A stretch of 64,000 nucleotides of DNA from an uncultured candidatus Porisulfidus sp. (GTDB lineage: Bacteria > Pseudomonadota > Gammaproteobacteria > Poriferisulfidales > Poriferisulfidaceae): contig OZ241993.1 of NCBI GenBank assembly GCA_965204575.1, forward strand, positions 96,001-160,000, given 5' to 3'. Shown here piece by piece: positions 30,995 to 39,893 of this stretch. Both the position numbers and the translations under genes were made by a program. Numbering within the stretch: position 1 is the first letter of the stretch; each line of letters opens with the position of its first letter. The notes beneath the pieces are model-generated. The model was not told the DNA's origin. It was given only the letters and a program-made list of their open reading frames with translations, and did no database searches.

Positions 30995-31595
30995 GGGTCG
31001 GCTGTTCATCGTGACGGCGCCATCCGGGGCCGGAAAGACTTCCCTGCTCCGGGAACTCCTGGGCCGGGAGGAGCGCCTTGCGGTCAGCATCTCGCACACG
31101 ACGCGACCGATGCGCAAGGGCGAAGAAGACGGTGTGGACTATTACTTTGTTTCTCCTGAAGAATTTGAGCAAATTAATGGGCAGGACGGGTTTCTGGAAC
31201 GTGCGGAAGTGTTCGGCAACCTGTACGGTACTTCGCGTGCGGAGGTGAAACGATTGCAGAGCGAAGGGCTCGACGTAATCCTGGAGATTGACTGGCAGGG
31301 CGCACAACTGGTGCGACAGAAAATACCGGAAGTGGTCGGGATTTTCATCCTTCCACCTTCGCTTGCCGTGCTGGAAGCGCGTCTGCGAGACCGCGGCACG
31401 GACAATGACGATGTGATCTCGCAACGACTGGATCAAGCCCGATCAGACATTCTGCACTGTGAAGATTTCGAACATTGCGTAATCAACGACGACTTTGAAG
31501 AAGCGGTAAAGCAGTTGTGCTCCCTGATTCAGAATCCGGATCAGGCCGATGAAGACCCCCGACCCTGTTACGAACGGGTACTGGGAGCATCCTGA
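30987..31595 (+). CDS. gmk: guanylate kinase
   Basis: APSGAGKT, SHTTR, E.DGVDYYF, EIDWQGA. Confidence 0.97.
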   Translation: MSEGRLFIVTAPSGAGKTSLLRELLGREERLAVSISHTTRPMRKGEEDGVDYYFVSPEEFEQINGQDGFLERAEVFGNLYGTSRAEVKRLQSEGLDVILEIDWQGAQLVRQKIPEVVGIFILPPSLAVLEARLRDRGTDNDDVISQRLDQARSDILHCEDFEHCVINDDFEEAVKQLCSLIQNPDQADEDPRPCYERVLGAS

Positions 31596-31651
31596 CCCCA
31601 AAACCACCTCACTCAAGACATTCCGGGTATGGGTCGGCCTGCTAAAGAAAA

Positions 31652-32008
31652 TTAGATCCGCATATCCAGAGTGATTTCGGAATACAGGGTGCGCGGCGCA
31701 ACTCTACCCTTCTGGCCCTTCTCCAGACGCACGAGACCGTACTGCTCCAAGGTATGCAGTGTTCTTGAAAGATTTGATTTGGCGCGTCCCGAGATTTCGG
31801 CAAGCTCGGCAAGTGATTCCGGTTGTTCCTCCGCAATCTCTTTCAAGAGCCTTCGGTTTCTATCAGACAAAATCTTGGCAAAACTCTCGATGGAAGTGAA
31901 CCACACTTTCGGTTCGCCACGTTTTGGTTTGTATTCACCGCGAGCAATAGCGAGGCTACGAGCCTTCATTTCCTCGTAACTGGCAATTCCTACTTTCAGA
32001 GTCTTCAT
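31652..32008 (-). CDS. wHTH (MarR-like) antitoxin/transcriptional regulator
   Basis: MKTLKVGIAS...VWFTSIESFAKILS...SLAELAE.SGR.KSNLSRTL; typical partner of DUF6516. Confidence 0.8.
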   Translation of the reverse strand: MKTLKVGIASYEEMKARSLAIARGEYKPKRGEPKVWFTSIESFAKILSDRNRRLLKEIAEEQPESLAELAEISGRAKSNLSRTLHTLEQYGLVRLEKGQKGRVAPRTLYSEITLDMRI

Positions 32009-32379
32009 GGTATTACTCCTCTCTCTTTGAGTGTGGCATCGACTTCGGCCCAAAAATCTACAAGCAATGTAGCAGCATCCTGATATTCATAAGGTCGAAT
32101 CGTGCGGTGGCGATGCTTATGGTCATACGACTTTTGGCGCCGGCCACTTGGCCCCGACTTAAGGCGGACAGGATGGGCATTGTCAAAGCCGACAAGCCGA
32201 GTGCCTTCGTCTCCATGCAGTGTCAGAGAATATTCGATCCCATGCGGCTTTTCCTGAGTTGGAGGCACACGCTTTACGCGAAATCGTACCCAATGCTGTC
32301 CTGCTCGGTCAACCACAAAAGTCTCCCCATCCAAATCCAGCAATGCGTCTAAGCTTGGATCGCGTAGTGGTTGCGCCAT
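32005..32379 (-). CDS. DUF6516/TumE-family toxin
   Basis: LLDLDG, PHGIEYSLTLH, RLVGFDNAH, DHKH. Confidence 0.78.
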   Translation of the reverse strand: MAQPLRDPSLDALLDLDGETFVVDRAGQHWVRFRVKRVPPTQEKPHGIEYSLTLHGDEGTRLVGFDNAHPVRLKSGPSGRRQKSYDHKHRHRTIRPYEYQDAATLLVDFWAEVDATLKERGVIP

Positions 32380-32387
32380 CAGTTTAT

Positions 32388-32406
32388 GTTATCACACGGT
32401 GATAAC
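32388..32406. promoter_or_regulatory. perfect palindrome GTTATCAC-ACG-GTGATAAC, putative TA operator
   Basis: 8-bp perfect inverted repeat between the rluB stop and the toxin start. Confidence 0.7.
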
Positions 32407-32410
32407 TATA

Positions 32411-33142
32411 TCAACTTGCCACCTTTAATGCCTGAATCTCCTTCCCGGACAGCCAGCGGACCTTTCCCGCTGGGTGGCCCCGATCCAATGAAATCGGCCC
32501 GTAACCGATCCGAATCAATCGGCTGACCTCCAGACCGACAGCTTGCCATATCCTCCGCACTTCGCGATTGCGTCCTTCGCGCAACGCGACTTCGTACCAG
32601 CGATTGCTTCCCTTGCCTCGCTTCTCGCGTATGTACTCGAACTTCGCCATCCCGTCTTCCAAATCCACTCCTGCTGTCAAGCGTTCCAACTGCTCCCGGT
32701 TCGGCGTGCCGCGAATCCGCGCCATATAGCGGCGTTGCACCTGCCCGCTCGGATGCATCAGGCGGTTCGCCAACTGTCCATCCGTAGTCAGCAGCAATAA
32801 GCCTGAAGTTTGGAAATCCAGCCGTCCGACCGCGATCCAACGCCCGTGCGAGAGTTCCGGCAGGTTATCGAAAACCGTCGGGCGCCCCTGTTCGTCCGAG
32901 CGGCTGGTAATCTGCCCCGCGGGCTTGTGATAGGCCACAACCTGACAGACTTCTGCGCTTTCCGGGAGGGGGCGTCCGTCGACCGTGACGACATCGTCCG
33001 GAGCCGCCCGATCCCCAAGCTTGGCGGGTTGGCCATTGACCTGGACCCGCCCCGCCTCGATCCATGTCTCGGCCTGGCGGCGCGAAGCAAGGCCCGCTTG
33101 GGCGATCAGTTTCTGGAGGCGTTGCGGCGTGTCGTCCGCCAT
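32411..33142 (-). CDS. rluB: 23S rRNA pseudouridine synthase B
   Basis: S4 domain RLQKLIAQAG.ASRR, GRLD, EGRNREVR; follows scpB. Confidence 0.9.
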   Translation of the reverse strand: MADDTPQRLQKLIAQAGLASRRQAETWIEAGRVQVNGQPAKLGDRAAPDDVVTVDGRPLPESAEVCQVVAYHKPAGQITSRSDEQGRPTVFDNLPELSHGRWIAVGRLDFQTSGLLLLTTDGQLANRLMHPSGQVQRRYMARIRGTPNREQLERLTAGVDLEDGMAKFEYIREKRGKGSNRWYEVALREGRNREVRRIWQAVGLEVSRLIRIGYGPISLDRGHPAGKVRWLSGKEIQALKVAS

Positions 33143-33802
33143 TCAGACTGCTTCTTCCGGCAAGTCGGGCGGCATCTCTTCTTCTGAAGGCCCGGGGGCC
33201 TCGGCATCGGCGGCCGGCCTCGCAAGCGATTCGGGTTCGGACATGCCTTGGATCTTCAACTGCGGGTCCACTTCTTCCTGGGCGCGCGGTTCGGGAAGCG
33301 GCGGCAATTCCTTCAGGCTCTTCAACCCGAAATAATCCAGGAACTCCTTCGTCGTTCCGTACAGTGCCGGGCGACCCGGGACCTGCTTGTAGCCCAGCAC
33401 GCGCACCCAGTTGCGCTCGGTCAGCGTCTGCATGATGCTGGTACTGGGTGCGACGCCGCGCACCTGTTCGATCTCGCCCCGCGTGATCGGCTGGCGGTAG
33501 ACGATCAATGCCAGTGTCTCCAGCAAAGCCTGAGAATAACGCGGCGGGCGTTGCTCCCAGAGGCGCCCGATGACCGCGGCGTAGTCCTGATCGATCTGGT
33601 AGCGCCAGCCGCTGGCCACCCGGACCAGCGAGAAACTCCTCCCCTCACATTCCTCCGCGAGCCCCGCCAGGATATCCGACACTTCCTTGCGCGACGGACG
33701 GTCACTGGCGCCAAACAGCTTCAACAAGGCATCCACGGACAACGGGTCCTCTGCAGCCATCAACGCGGCCTGAACCGTATCCCGGATTGCATTCTCAGGC
33801 AT
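33143..33802 (-). CDS. scpB: SMC-Scp complex subunit
   Basis: ALLETLALIVYRQPITR.EIE.VRGV, PGRPALYGTT.EFL. Confidence 0.95.
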   Translation of the reverse strand: MPENAIRDTVQAALMAAEDPLSVDALLKLFGASDRPSRKEVSDILAGLAEECEGRSFSLVRVASGWRYQIDQDYAAVIGRLWEQRPPRYSQALLETLALIVYRQPITRGEIEQVRGVAPSTSIMQTLTERNWVRVLGYKQVPGRPALYGTTKEFLDYFGLKSLKELPPLPEPRAQEEVDPQLKIQGMSEPESLARPAADAEAPGPSEEEMPPDLPEEAV

Positions 33803-34631
33803 GGGCCGGCTCCTCGTCCGTTCCGTGGACACGCCGGAAGATCGTGATCGGGCCGGCGAATTCTTCCTGGCGGCAGTCGATCATGCCGAGTTTGAGCAGC
33901 TCCAGGATGGCCAGCATGGAAACCGCCATGCCCTGGCGCCCTTCCTGTGACGTAAACAAGTCGGTGAACAGGCAGCTCTCCTTGGAGACGATCCGGTCCA
34001 GGATGTCGGACATTCGGTCCTGTACCGACAGCGATTCGGTTTCAATCTCGTGCGCCAGATTGTATTGAGCCCGCAGCAACATGGCCTCCAGGGCCATCAT
34101 GAGATCCTGCATGCCGACCTTGGGCAGCGGGCGGGGCACCGACAGGTCTCGGGTATCCAAGGCGAATTCGAATACATCCCGCTCCAGCCTCGGCAGGCCG
34201 TTGAGATCTTCCGCGGCAACCTTGAAACGTTCGTATTCCTGCAAGCGTCGCACCAGTTCGGCGCGCGGATCCTCCTCATCGCCCTCTTCTTCTTGCGCAG
34301 GAAGAAGCAAACGGGACTTGATCTCGGCCAGCATCGCCGCCATCACCAGGTATTCGGAAGCCAATTCCAGCTGCAACTCCTCCATCAGGGAAATGTGGTG
34401 CAGGTACTGGTTGGTGATCTCCACCAGCGGCAGGTCGAGAATGTCGAGGTTCTGTCGGCGGATCAGGTAGAGCAGCAGGTCCAAGGGGCCTTCGAAGGCA
34501 TCCAGGTAGATTTCCAGGGCCTCGGGGGGGATGTACAGGTCTTCCGGCAAGTCGACCATCGGCTCGCCATGCAGCATGGCCAGCGGCATTTCACGCTGCA
34601 CCGGAGGAGGGGTGCGCCTCGGGTCAGGCAT
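33795..34631 (-). CDS. scpA: segregation and condensation protein A
   Basis: FEGPLDLLLYLI, EYLVMAA.L.EIKSR.LLP. Confidence 0.95.
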   Translation of the reverse strand: MPDPRRTPPPVQREMPLAMLHGEPMVDLPEDLYIPPEALEIYLDAFEGPLDLLLYLIRRQNLDILDLPLVEITNQYLHHISLMEELQLELASEYLVMAAMLAEIKSRLLLPAQEEEGDEEDPRAELVRRLQEYERFKVAAEDLNGLPRLERDVFEFALDTRDLSVPRPLPKVGMQDLMMALEAMLLRAQYNLAHEIETESLSVQDRMSDILDRIVSKESCLFTDLFTSQEGRQGMAVSMLAILELLKLGMIDCRQEEFAGPITIFRRVHGTDEEPAHA

Positions 34632-35838
34632 AGTCGAGCCCCATGGCCTCGCTGACATCTTCCAGCGTGTCGCGGGCGACATCGCGGGCGGCTTCGCAGC
34701 CCTCGTGAATCAGGGCGTTCACTCCCGCCCGGTCCGACAGGTATTCGGCCGCACTGGCACGGACCGGGTCCAGTTCCGCCACCATGGCATCCAGCAGCCG
34801 GCGTTTGCAGTCCGTGCAGCCGATGCCGGCACTCCGGCAACCTTCTTCCACCCATTCGAGCGTTTTGGGGTCGGAATAGATCTTGTGCAGGTCCCAGACC
34901 GGGCATTTTTCGGGGTCGCCCGGGTCGCTGCGCCGCTTGCGGGCCGGATCCGTCATCATGCCCATCAGTTTTTTCTGGATGACGTCCGGCTCCTCGCGCA
35001 AACCCAGAGTGTTGTTGTAGGACTTGGACATCTTGCGCCCGTCCACGCCAGGCACCTTGGGCGCGGTCGTCAGGTATTCCGCCGGTTCCGGGAGGATCAT
35101 GCGCCATTCCCCTTCCAGGTAACCGTCCAAACGCTGCAAATCGCCCAGCGAAATGCTCTGCTGGCCGCGAAGCATCTCGCGCGCCACTTCCAGGGCCTGC
35201 GAGTCGCCCTGCTCCTGAAAGCGGCGGCGGTATTCCCGGTACAGGCGCGCCTCGTTCCGTCCCAAACGGTCGACCAGGCTCTCTGCCCGCTTCGCGAAAC
35301 CTTCCTCTTGTCCGTACAGATGATTGAAGCGGCGGGCAACCTCCCGCGTGAACTCGACGTGCGCCGCCTGGTCCTCGCCCACCGGAACCAGTTGCGCCTT
35401 GTACATCAGGATGTCGGCAGCCTGCAGCAAGGGATAGCCCAGAAAACCGTAGGTTGCCAGATCGCGATCCGTCTGCTCCTGCATCTCCTTGTAACTCGGC
35501 ACCCGCTCAAGCCAACTCAACGGCGTGAACATGGACAGCAGCAGGTGCAACTCCGCATGTTCCGGGACCTGCGACTGCACGAACAGGGTCGAGGCGCCCG
35601 GGCTGACGCCGCAGGCCAGCCAGTCCACCACCATCTCCCAGACATGGTCTTCCAGTCCGTCCGTCTCGCTGTAGTGGGTCGTCAGCGCATGCCAGTCGGC
35701 CACGAAAAAAAAGCATTCCTGGCTGTGCTGGAGTTTCACCCAGTTCTTGATGACGCCGTGGTAGTGACCCAGGTGCAACCGCCCGGTCGGGCGCATGCCG
35801 GACACCACCCGTTGACCGGCGGGTATGTCGCTTTCCAT
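34624..35838 (-). CDS. trpS: tryptophan--tRNA ligase (long form)
   Basis: SGMRPTG.LHLGH, YPLLQAADIL, VPVGEDQ, KMSKS. Confidence 0.97.
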   Translation of the reverse strand: MESDIPAGQRVVSGMRPTGRLHLGHYHGVIKNWVKLQHSQECFFFVADWHALTTHYSETDGLEDHVWEMVVDWLACGVSPGASTLFVQSQVPEHAELHLLLSMFTPLSWLERVPSYKEMQEQTDRDLATYGFLGYPLLQAADILMYKAQLVPVGEDQAAHVEFTREVARRFNHLYGQEEGFAKRAESLVDRLGRNEARLYREYRRRFQEQGDSQALEVAREMLRGQQSISLGDLQRLDGYLEGEWRMILPEPAEYLTTAPKVPGVDGRKMSKSYNNTLGLREEPDVIQKKLMGMMTDPARKRRSDPGDPEKCPVWDLHKIYSDPKTLEWVEEGCRSAGIGCTDCKRRLLDAMVAELDPVRASAAEYLSDRAGVNALIHEGCEAARDVARDTLEDVSEAMGLDYA

Positions 35839-36488
35839 TAAGAGATCGTCCAGGGAAGTCCGAAGAATTGATGCGCGGCGCCGATGAATGCGAGCAGCGG
35901 TATTCCGATTAATCCGTACATGGACCCGAGCAGGAACAAGGCCAAGACCACGATCAGGCCGTAACGTCCGAATTCCATCCATTTCCGGGCTAATTCCGGC
36001 GGCATCCACCGGGCGACCACGACCGATCCGTCCAAGGGAGGGATGGGAAGCAGGTTGAGCAGCATCAGGACCGAGTTGATCACAATTCCGGCCTGTCCCA
36101 CGACAAACAGGATGACGCCGAATTCAGACTCCAGTGCCACGCCCAGTCGGGCAATCAAGGCCCAGGCAACCAGCATCAGCACGTTGGCGGCAGGGCCGGC
36201 CGCCGCTACCCAAGCCATTTGCTCGCGAGGCCGGCGCAACCGGGAAGCATCAACCGGGACCGGCTTGGCCCAGCCCATCGCCACGCCAAGAGAGGCGACC
36301 ATGGCCAAGGGCAACACAAGCGTCCCCAGCCAATCGACATGCGGGAAAGGGTTGAGCGTCAGGCGGCCGGCTTCGGCGGCCGTCGGGTCTCCAAGGCGAT
36401 ACGCAACCCAACCGTGCGCGACTTCATGCACGGTGATGGCCAGCAGGACGGGAACCGCCCAGATTGCTAACGTCTGCGCTAATGACAT
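35838..36488 (-). CDS. site-2 protease (M50) family
   Basis: HEVAHG, AGPAAN, NLLPIPPLDG. Confidence 0.93.
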   Translation of the reverse strand: MSLAQTLAIWAVPVLLAITVHEVAHGWVAYRLGDPTAAEAGRLTLNPFPHVDWLGTLVLPLAMVASLGVAMGWAKPVPVDASRLRRPREQMAWVAAAGPAANVLMLVAWALIARLGVALESEFGVILFVVGQAGIVINSVLMLLNLLPIPPLDGSVVVARWMPPELARKWMEFGRYGLIVVLALFLLGSMYGLIGIPLLAFIGAAHQFFGLPWTIS

Positions 36489-36545
36489 GGTAGGCAGAAC
36501 AGGCGCCAACCGGCGGGAATCGGGAGGTTGGACACGATGCCCGAA

Positions 36546-37163
36546 TTATAGCAAGGGGAAGCTTCCACCGCCTTGGCGCACCACCTCCGGCACCTCGCCC
36601 ATCAGATCGACCACGGTGGTCGGAATGCTGGGGCAAAACCCGCTGTCGATGATCAGCGAAACCTGGCCCTTCAGGCGGTCGTACAGGTCGCCGGGCTCCA
36701 CCGGCGGGTCTTCCAGATCCGGCAGCATCAGGGTGCAACTCATCAGGGGGGCGTCGTATATTTCCAGCAAAGCCTGGACAACCCGGTGGTCGGGGATGCG
36801 CAACCCGATGGTGCGGCGCTTCGGCTCCATCAGGCGTCGCGGGACTTCGCGGGTCGCCTCCAGGAGGAACGTGTAGGGCCCCGGGGTATGGGCCTTCAGG
36901 ATCCGGTATGCCGTATTGTCGATCCGCGCGTACGAGGCCAGTTCCGAAAGGTCCCGGCACACCAGGGTGAACGGGTGCTTTTCGTCCAGGTCGCGCAGGC
37001 GTCTGATCTGTTCCATCGACGCCTTGTCCCCGACCGCGCAACCGAACGCATAGCAGGAATCGGTCGGGTAGACGAGCAGGCCGCCGGCGTGGAGCATTTC
37101 CGCGGCCTGGCGGACCAGGCGCGGCTGGGGGTTGTCCGGGTGGATCGAAAAACGCTGGGTCAT
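36546..37163 (-). CDS. yciO: Sua5/YciO/YrdC family protein
   Basis: IHPDNPQPR, YPTDSCY, TPGPYTF, IGLRIP. Confidence 0.88.
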   Translation of the reverse strand: MTQRFSIHPDNPQPRLVRQAAEMLHAGGLLVYPTDSCYAFGCAVGDKASMEQIRRLRDLDEKHPFTLVCRDLSELASYARIDNTAYRILKAHTPGPYTFLLEATREVPRRLMEPKRRTIGLRIPDHRVVQALLEIYDAPLMSCTLMLPDLEDPPVEPGDLYDRLKGQVSLIIDSGFCPSIPTTVVDLMGEVPEVVRQGGGSFPLL

Positions 37164-37184
37164 GTCTCTTTATAATTTAACCGC

Positions 37185-37793
37185 ATGAAATTGTTCATTG
37201 AATTGTTGCCCATCACGATCTTCGTGGTGGCGTATTTCTTTTATCCCGACCTGCCCGCCGCATGGGTCGTTGCGTTCTCCGACGCGACCTACCTGGAATT
37301 GACCGCAGGGGAGTCTGGAGACCGAATCTACTTTGCCACATTCGTACTGATTGTGGCCATGGTGATTCAGTGCGGGATTCTGTGGATGATACGGGAACTG
37401 GGCGGCACGCATCTTGCCGCGCTGGCCGTGGTCTTGGTCGCCGGCGGGCTGACCCTGCTCCTGAAGGATCCCCTGTTCATCAAATGGAAGCCGACCGTGT
37501 TTTACTGGGCGTTGGCGATAGCGTTCTTGGGATCCAGCCTGATTGGCTCCCGTACGCTGGTGGAGCGGATGTTCAGCAAGGCCTTCTCCCTGAATGATGC
37601 GCGGCTATGGCGCCAGTTGAACATCGCATGGGTCGGGTTTTTCCTGGTTTGCGGCGCACTTAATCTCTACGTCGCATATGGATTTTCGGAAGAGTTCTGG
37701 GTGCAGTTCAAACTGTTCGGCCTTGCCTTGGGACTGCCTGTTCTGTTCCTGCTGGCCCAGGGAATCTACCTCGCACCCCGGTTGAAAGACTGA
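37185..37793 (+). CDS. yciB: inner membrane-spanning protein YciB (IspZ)
   Basis: FIKWKPT, W..LN.AW, WVQFKLFG. Confidence 0.9.
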   Translation: MKLFIELLPITIFVVAYFFYPDLPAAWVVAFSDATYLELTAGESGDRIYFATFVLIVAMVIQCGILWMIRELGGTHLAALAVVLVAGGLTLLLKDPLFIKWKPTVFYWALAIAFLGSSLIGSRTLVERMFSKAFSLNDARLWRQLNIAWVGFFLVCGALNLYVAYGFSEEFWVQFKLFGLALGLPVLFLLAQGIYLAPRLKD

Positions 37794-37917
37794 CCTTCGC
37801 AAGACGAAAAAACCGGATTCTGCCGTCCCGTTGTCGCCCGCTGCCTCTTCGTTGCATCGGGCATAAAAAAATATTTCCTTATTTATCAATGGTATAGACG
37901 GGTGCTAGATTTGGGGC

Positions 37918-37947
37918 TTGACTTATATAAAAATATCCTTATATTAT
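37918..37947 (+). promoter_or_regulatory. sigma70-like promoter (TTGACT ... TATATT/TATTAT) with an internal ATATAA-N8-TTATAT palindrome
   Basis: ttgacttatataaaaatatccttatattat in an AT-rich patch. Confidence 0.65.
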
Positions 37948-38001
37948 GAAGTACTGGATGGCTGCGGATTTGGCCGTCGCGAAACACTACCGGAGATACT
38001 C

Positions 38002-38088
38002 ATGGACATTATCGCTCTTGATCTCATTGCCGCCCTGGTGATTTGGACTGCGGTTTTCGCCGTAGCTCGCCTGGGTTACCTGGACTAA
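38002..38088 (+). CDS. 28-aa single-TM small protein MDIIALDLIAALVIWTAVFAVARLGYLD
   Basis: GGAG RBS 6 nt upstream; hydrophobic; below the ORF-track cutoff. Confidence 0.6.
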   Translation: MDIIALDLIAALVIWTAVFAVARLGYLD

Positions 38089-38169
38089 AAATCTTCCTCC
38101 AGTGAGGCTAGTGCCGGGCTGGATGTCCGGCCCAAGGTCGACACGGATGTCGGCCGCTCACACTACAAC

Positions 38170-38206
38170 ACCCGGCCGCACCCCTCCTTCGTGGCCGGGT
38201 TTTTTT
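38170..38206 (+). terminator. Rho-independent terminator
   Basis: ACCCGGCCGC-loop-GTGGCCGGGT followed by a T tract. Confidence 0.8.
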
Positions 38207-39573
38207 CAGAACTCAATTGCCACGATGCTGACGGTGCCGGCCTTTTCGTTGGCCGTCGCCACGTAGCGCGCCCCATCCTGCTCGAACGTCACGACTCCTT
38301 CCGGCGCCAGCTTGCCATCCCCCTCGCGGCGCAGGGGCAATAGCGCCCGCACCTGCGGCGCGCCTGGATCCTCAAGATCGACCAGCACCAACGCATCCGC
38401 GCGCTCCAGCGCCACGACAGCCCAGGCCTTGCCTTCCGCTTCGAACGCGACCACGCCTTCCGGCTCCGAACCCTTGTTGTCGCTTCGCCCGTCCGGGTAG
38501 ATCCCCGCGGCGTGGGCCGCTTCATCCAGCTGGTTGGCCGTATCGCCAATCACTTTCCCGGTTTCCAGATCCACGACGCTGAGCGTGCGGCCGCCACCCG
38601 CCGGGCCGTTCCGGGATTTCGAGGCTTTCGGGTCGGTATCCCCTTCATCTGCCGTCACCAGGTACCGTCCGTCCGGCGTCACCGCGACCTGATCCGGTTC
38701 CCGAAAAGCCAGTAACATGTCAGTAAACGAAACCCGGTCGTCGTCTTCGAGGTCCGCTGCATGCTCGGTTGTCCCGAGGGCAATGATGCCGCGGACGGCC
38801 GCGCTCGCCACGTCGATGACCGCGACTCCATTGTTTTCCTGCAAGCTGACGTAAGCCGTTGTCCCATCCGGGGCGAAAACCGCGTATTCCGGCTCCAAGT
38901 GGATCGGATCGCTGGAATCCAGCGGAATCTCCACTTCCTCGCCATCCACCTCGCGCTCCAGGAATCGGCCTGCCTCCAAGGCGGTCAGCCCGTGCCCCCC
39001 GGGGAGCGCCTCGAGACGGACTTGCCGCACGACGCCCTCCAGCAACCCCGCGGTCAGGTCGACCAGCGTCACGCTGCCTGGATTCGAGCGCCATTGCCCA
39101 TTTTCAACCCAGTACTCTTCAGCCTCGTTCGCTGCCACCAGACGGTCCCCGGACGGGCTGAAATGAACGTCGTCCGGGCCGTATCCGGCCGCATAGTGCG
39201 CCAGCGTCTTCCCGTGCAGATCGATCAGCCGGATCTCACCGGTCTCCCTGGCCGGCCCAGTGACGGCCACCGCCAGCACCTCCCGGTCCGGATGAAAAGC
39301 GATCGAATTGATGGCATGCCCGTCCGGCAGCGCCAGGTCCAGCGTGCGGAGGTTCATCGGGAGGTTCGGCCTTAGCAAAGACACCAGATCGATTTTACCG
39401 GTTTCGCTGTTGCTCACCGCGAGCATGCGGGTGCTGGGTTGGTAGGAAAGGATTTCCGTGCCTTCCGGCTCGCTTGAGACCCAAGTCGCGACTAAAGACA
39501 GTTGCGGCTGGGCTGCATGGGCAGCAGTGGATATTGCGAGCCATAGAGCCGGAATTAAAATTCGGGAGGTCAT
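38206..39573 (-). CDS. secreted beta-propeller, choice-of-anchor I / alkaline phosphatase-associated family
   Basis: signal peptide; ANEAE, LEPEY, VSLQENN, PD...VTADEGD, RSDNKGSEPEG, LERAD, APEG. Confidence 0.75.
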   Translation of the reverse strand: MTSRILIPALWLAISTAAHAAQPQLSLVATWVSSEPEGTEILSYQPSTRMLAVSNSETGKIDLVSLLRPNLPMNLRTLDLALPDGHAINSIAFHPDREVLAVAVTGPARETGEIRLIDLHGKTLAHYAAGYGPDDVHFSPSGDRLVAANEAEEYWVENGQWRSNPGSVTLVDLTAGLLEGVVRQVRLEALPGGHGLTALEAGRFLEREVDGEEVEIPLDSSDPIHLEPEYAVFAPDGTTAYVSLQENNGVAVIDVASAAVRGIIALGTTEHAADLEDDDRVSFTDMLLAFREPDQVAVTPDGRYLVTADEGDTDPKASKSRNGPAGGGRTLSVVDLETGKVIGDTANQLDEAAHAAGIYPDGRSDNKGSEPEGVVAFEAEGKAWAVVALERADALVLVDLEDPGAPQVRALLPLRREGDGKLAPEGVVTFEQDGARYVATANEKAGTVSIVAIEF

Positions 39574-39685
39574 GGTGGAAAAATATAATGGAGCGTTAGG
39601 GACAAGCTAACAATATTGTCCTTTTTTGTAGGAATTATGAATTACGCTTAAAATTCTTCACATAAGTTGACCGAAGAAGGCAGAC

Positions 39686-39893
39686 ATGGAAAAACCCCTG
39701 ATTATCCGAAGAGGTCAGTCCATTGCCGACCGGGTCCCCCGCACTGTTGACAAGTCGGGCAATCCCGACTGGGCAGCAGGCTACCAGAAAATGATGGACC
39801 GATTGGAGAAAGGTGCTTCGCTTGGGGGTCTGAGAATCAAACGAGAAGAACTCTATGACGGGTAAAAACCGTTTTCCACTTGATGGCAATTAA
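39686..39893 (+). pseudogene. remnant Phd/YefM-like antitoxin (39686-39865) plus 12-codon stub of a PIN toxin (39855-39893)
   Basis: IIRRGQSIA..VP...W.AGYQKMMDRLEKGASLGGLRIKREELYD; overlapping MTGKNRFPLDGN* resembles a VapC start. Confidence 0.55.

Larger units (their letters stand above)
37950..38206 (+). ncRNA. putative Csr/Rsm-binding or dual-function small RNA
   Basis: eight GGA motifs; hairpins 38113-38131 (loop TGGAT) and 38136-38155 (ACACGGATGT); intrinsic terminator. Confidence 0.45.

Noticed and set aside
39700-39840. CCCCCGCACTGT resembling a cobalamin riboswitch core
   Set aside because: It is on the wrong strand for the downstream gene, other riboswitch elements are missing, and an antitoxin remnant explains it better.
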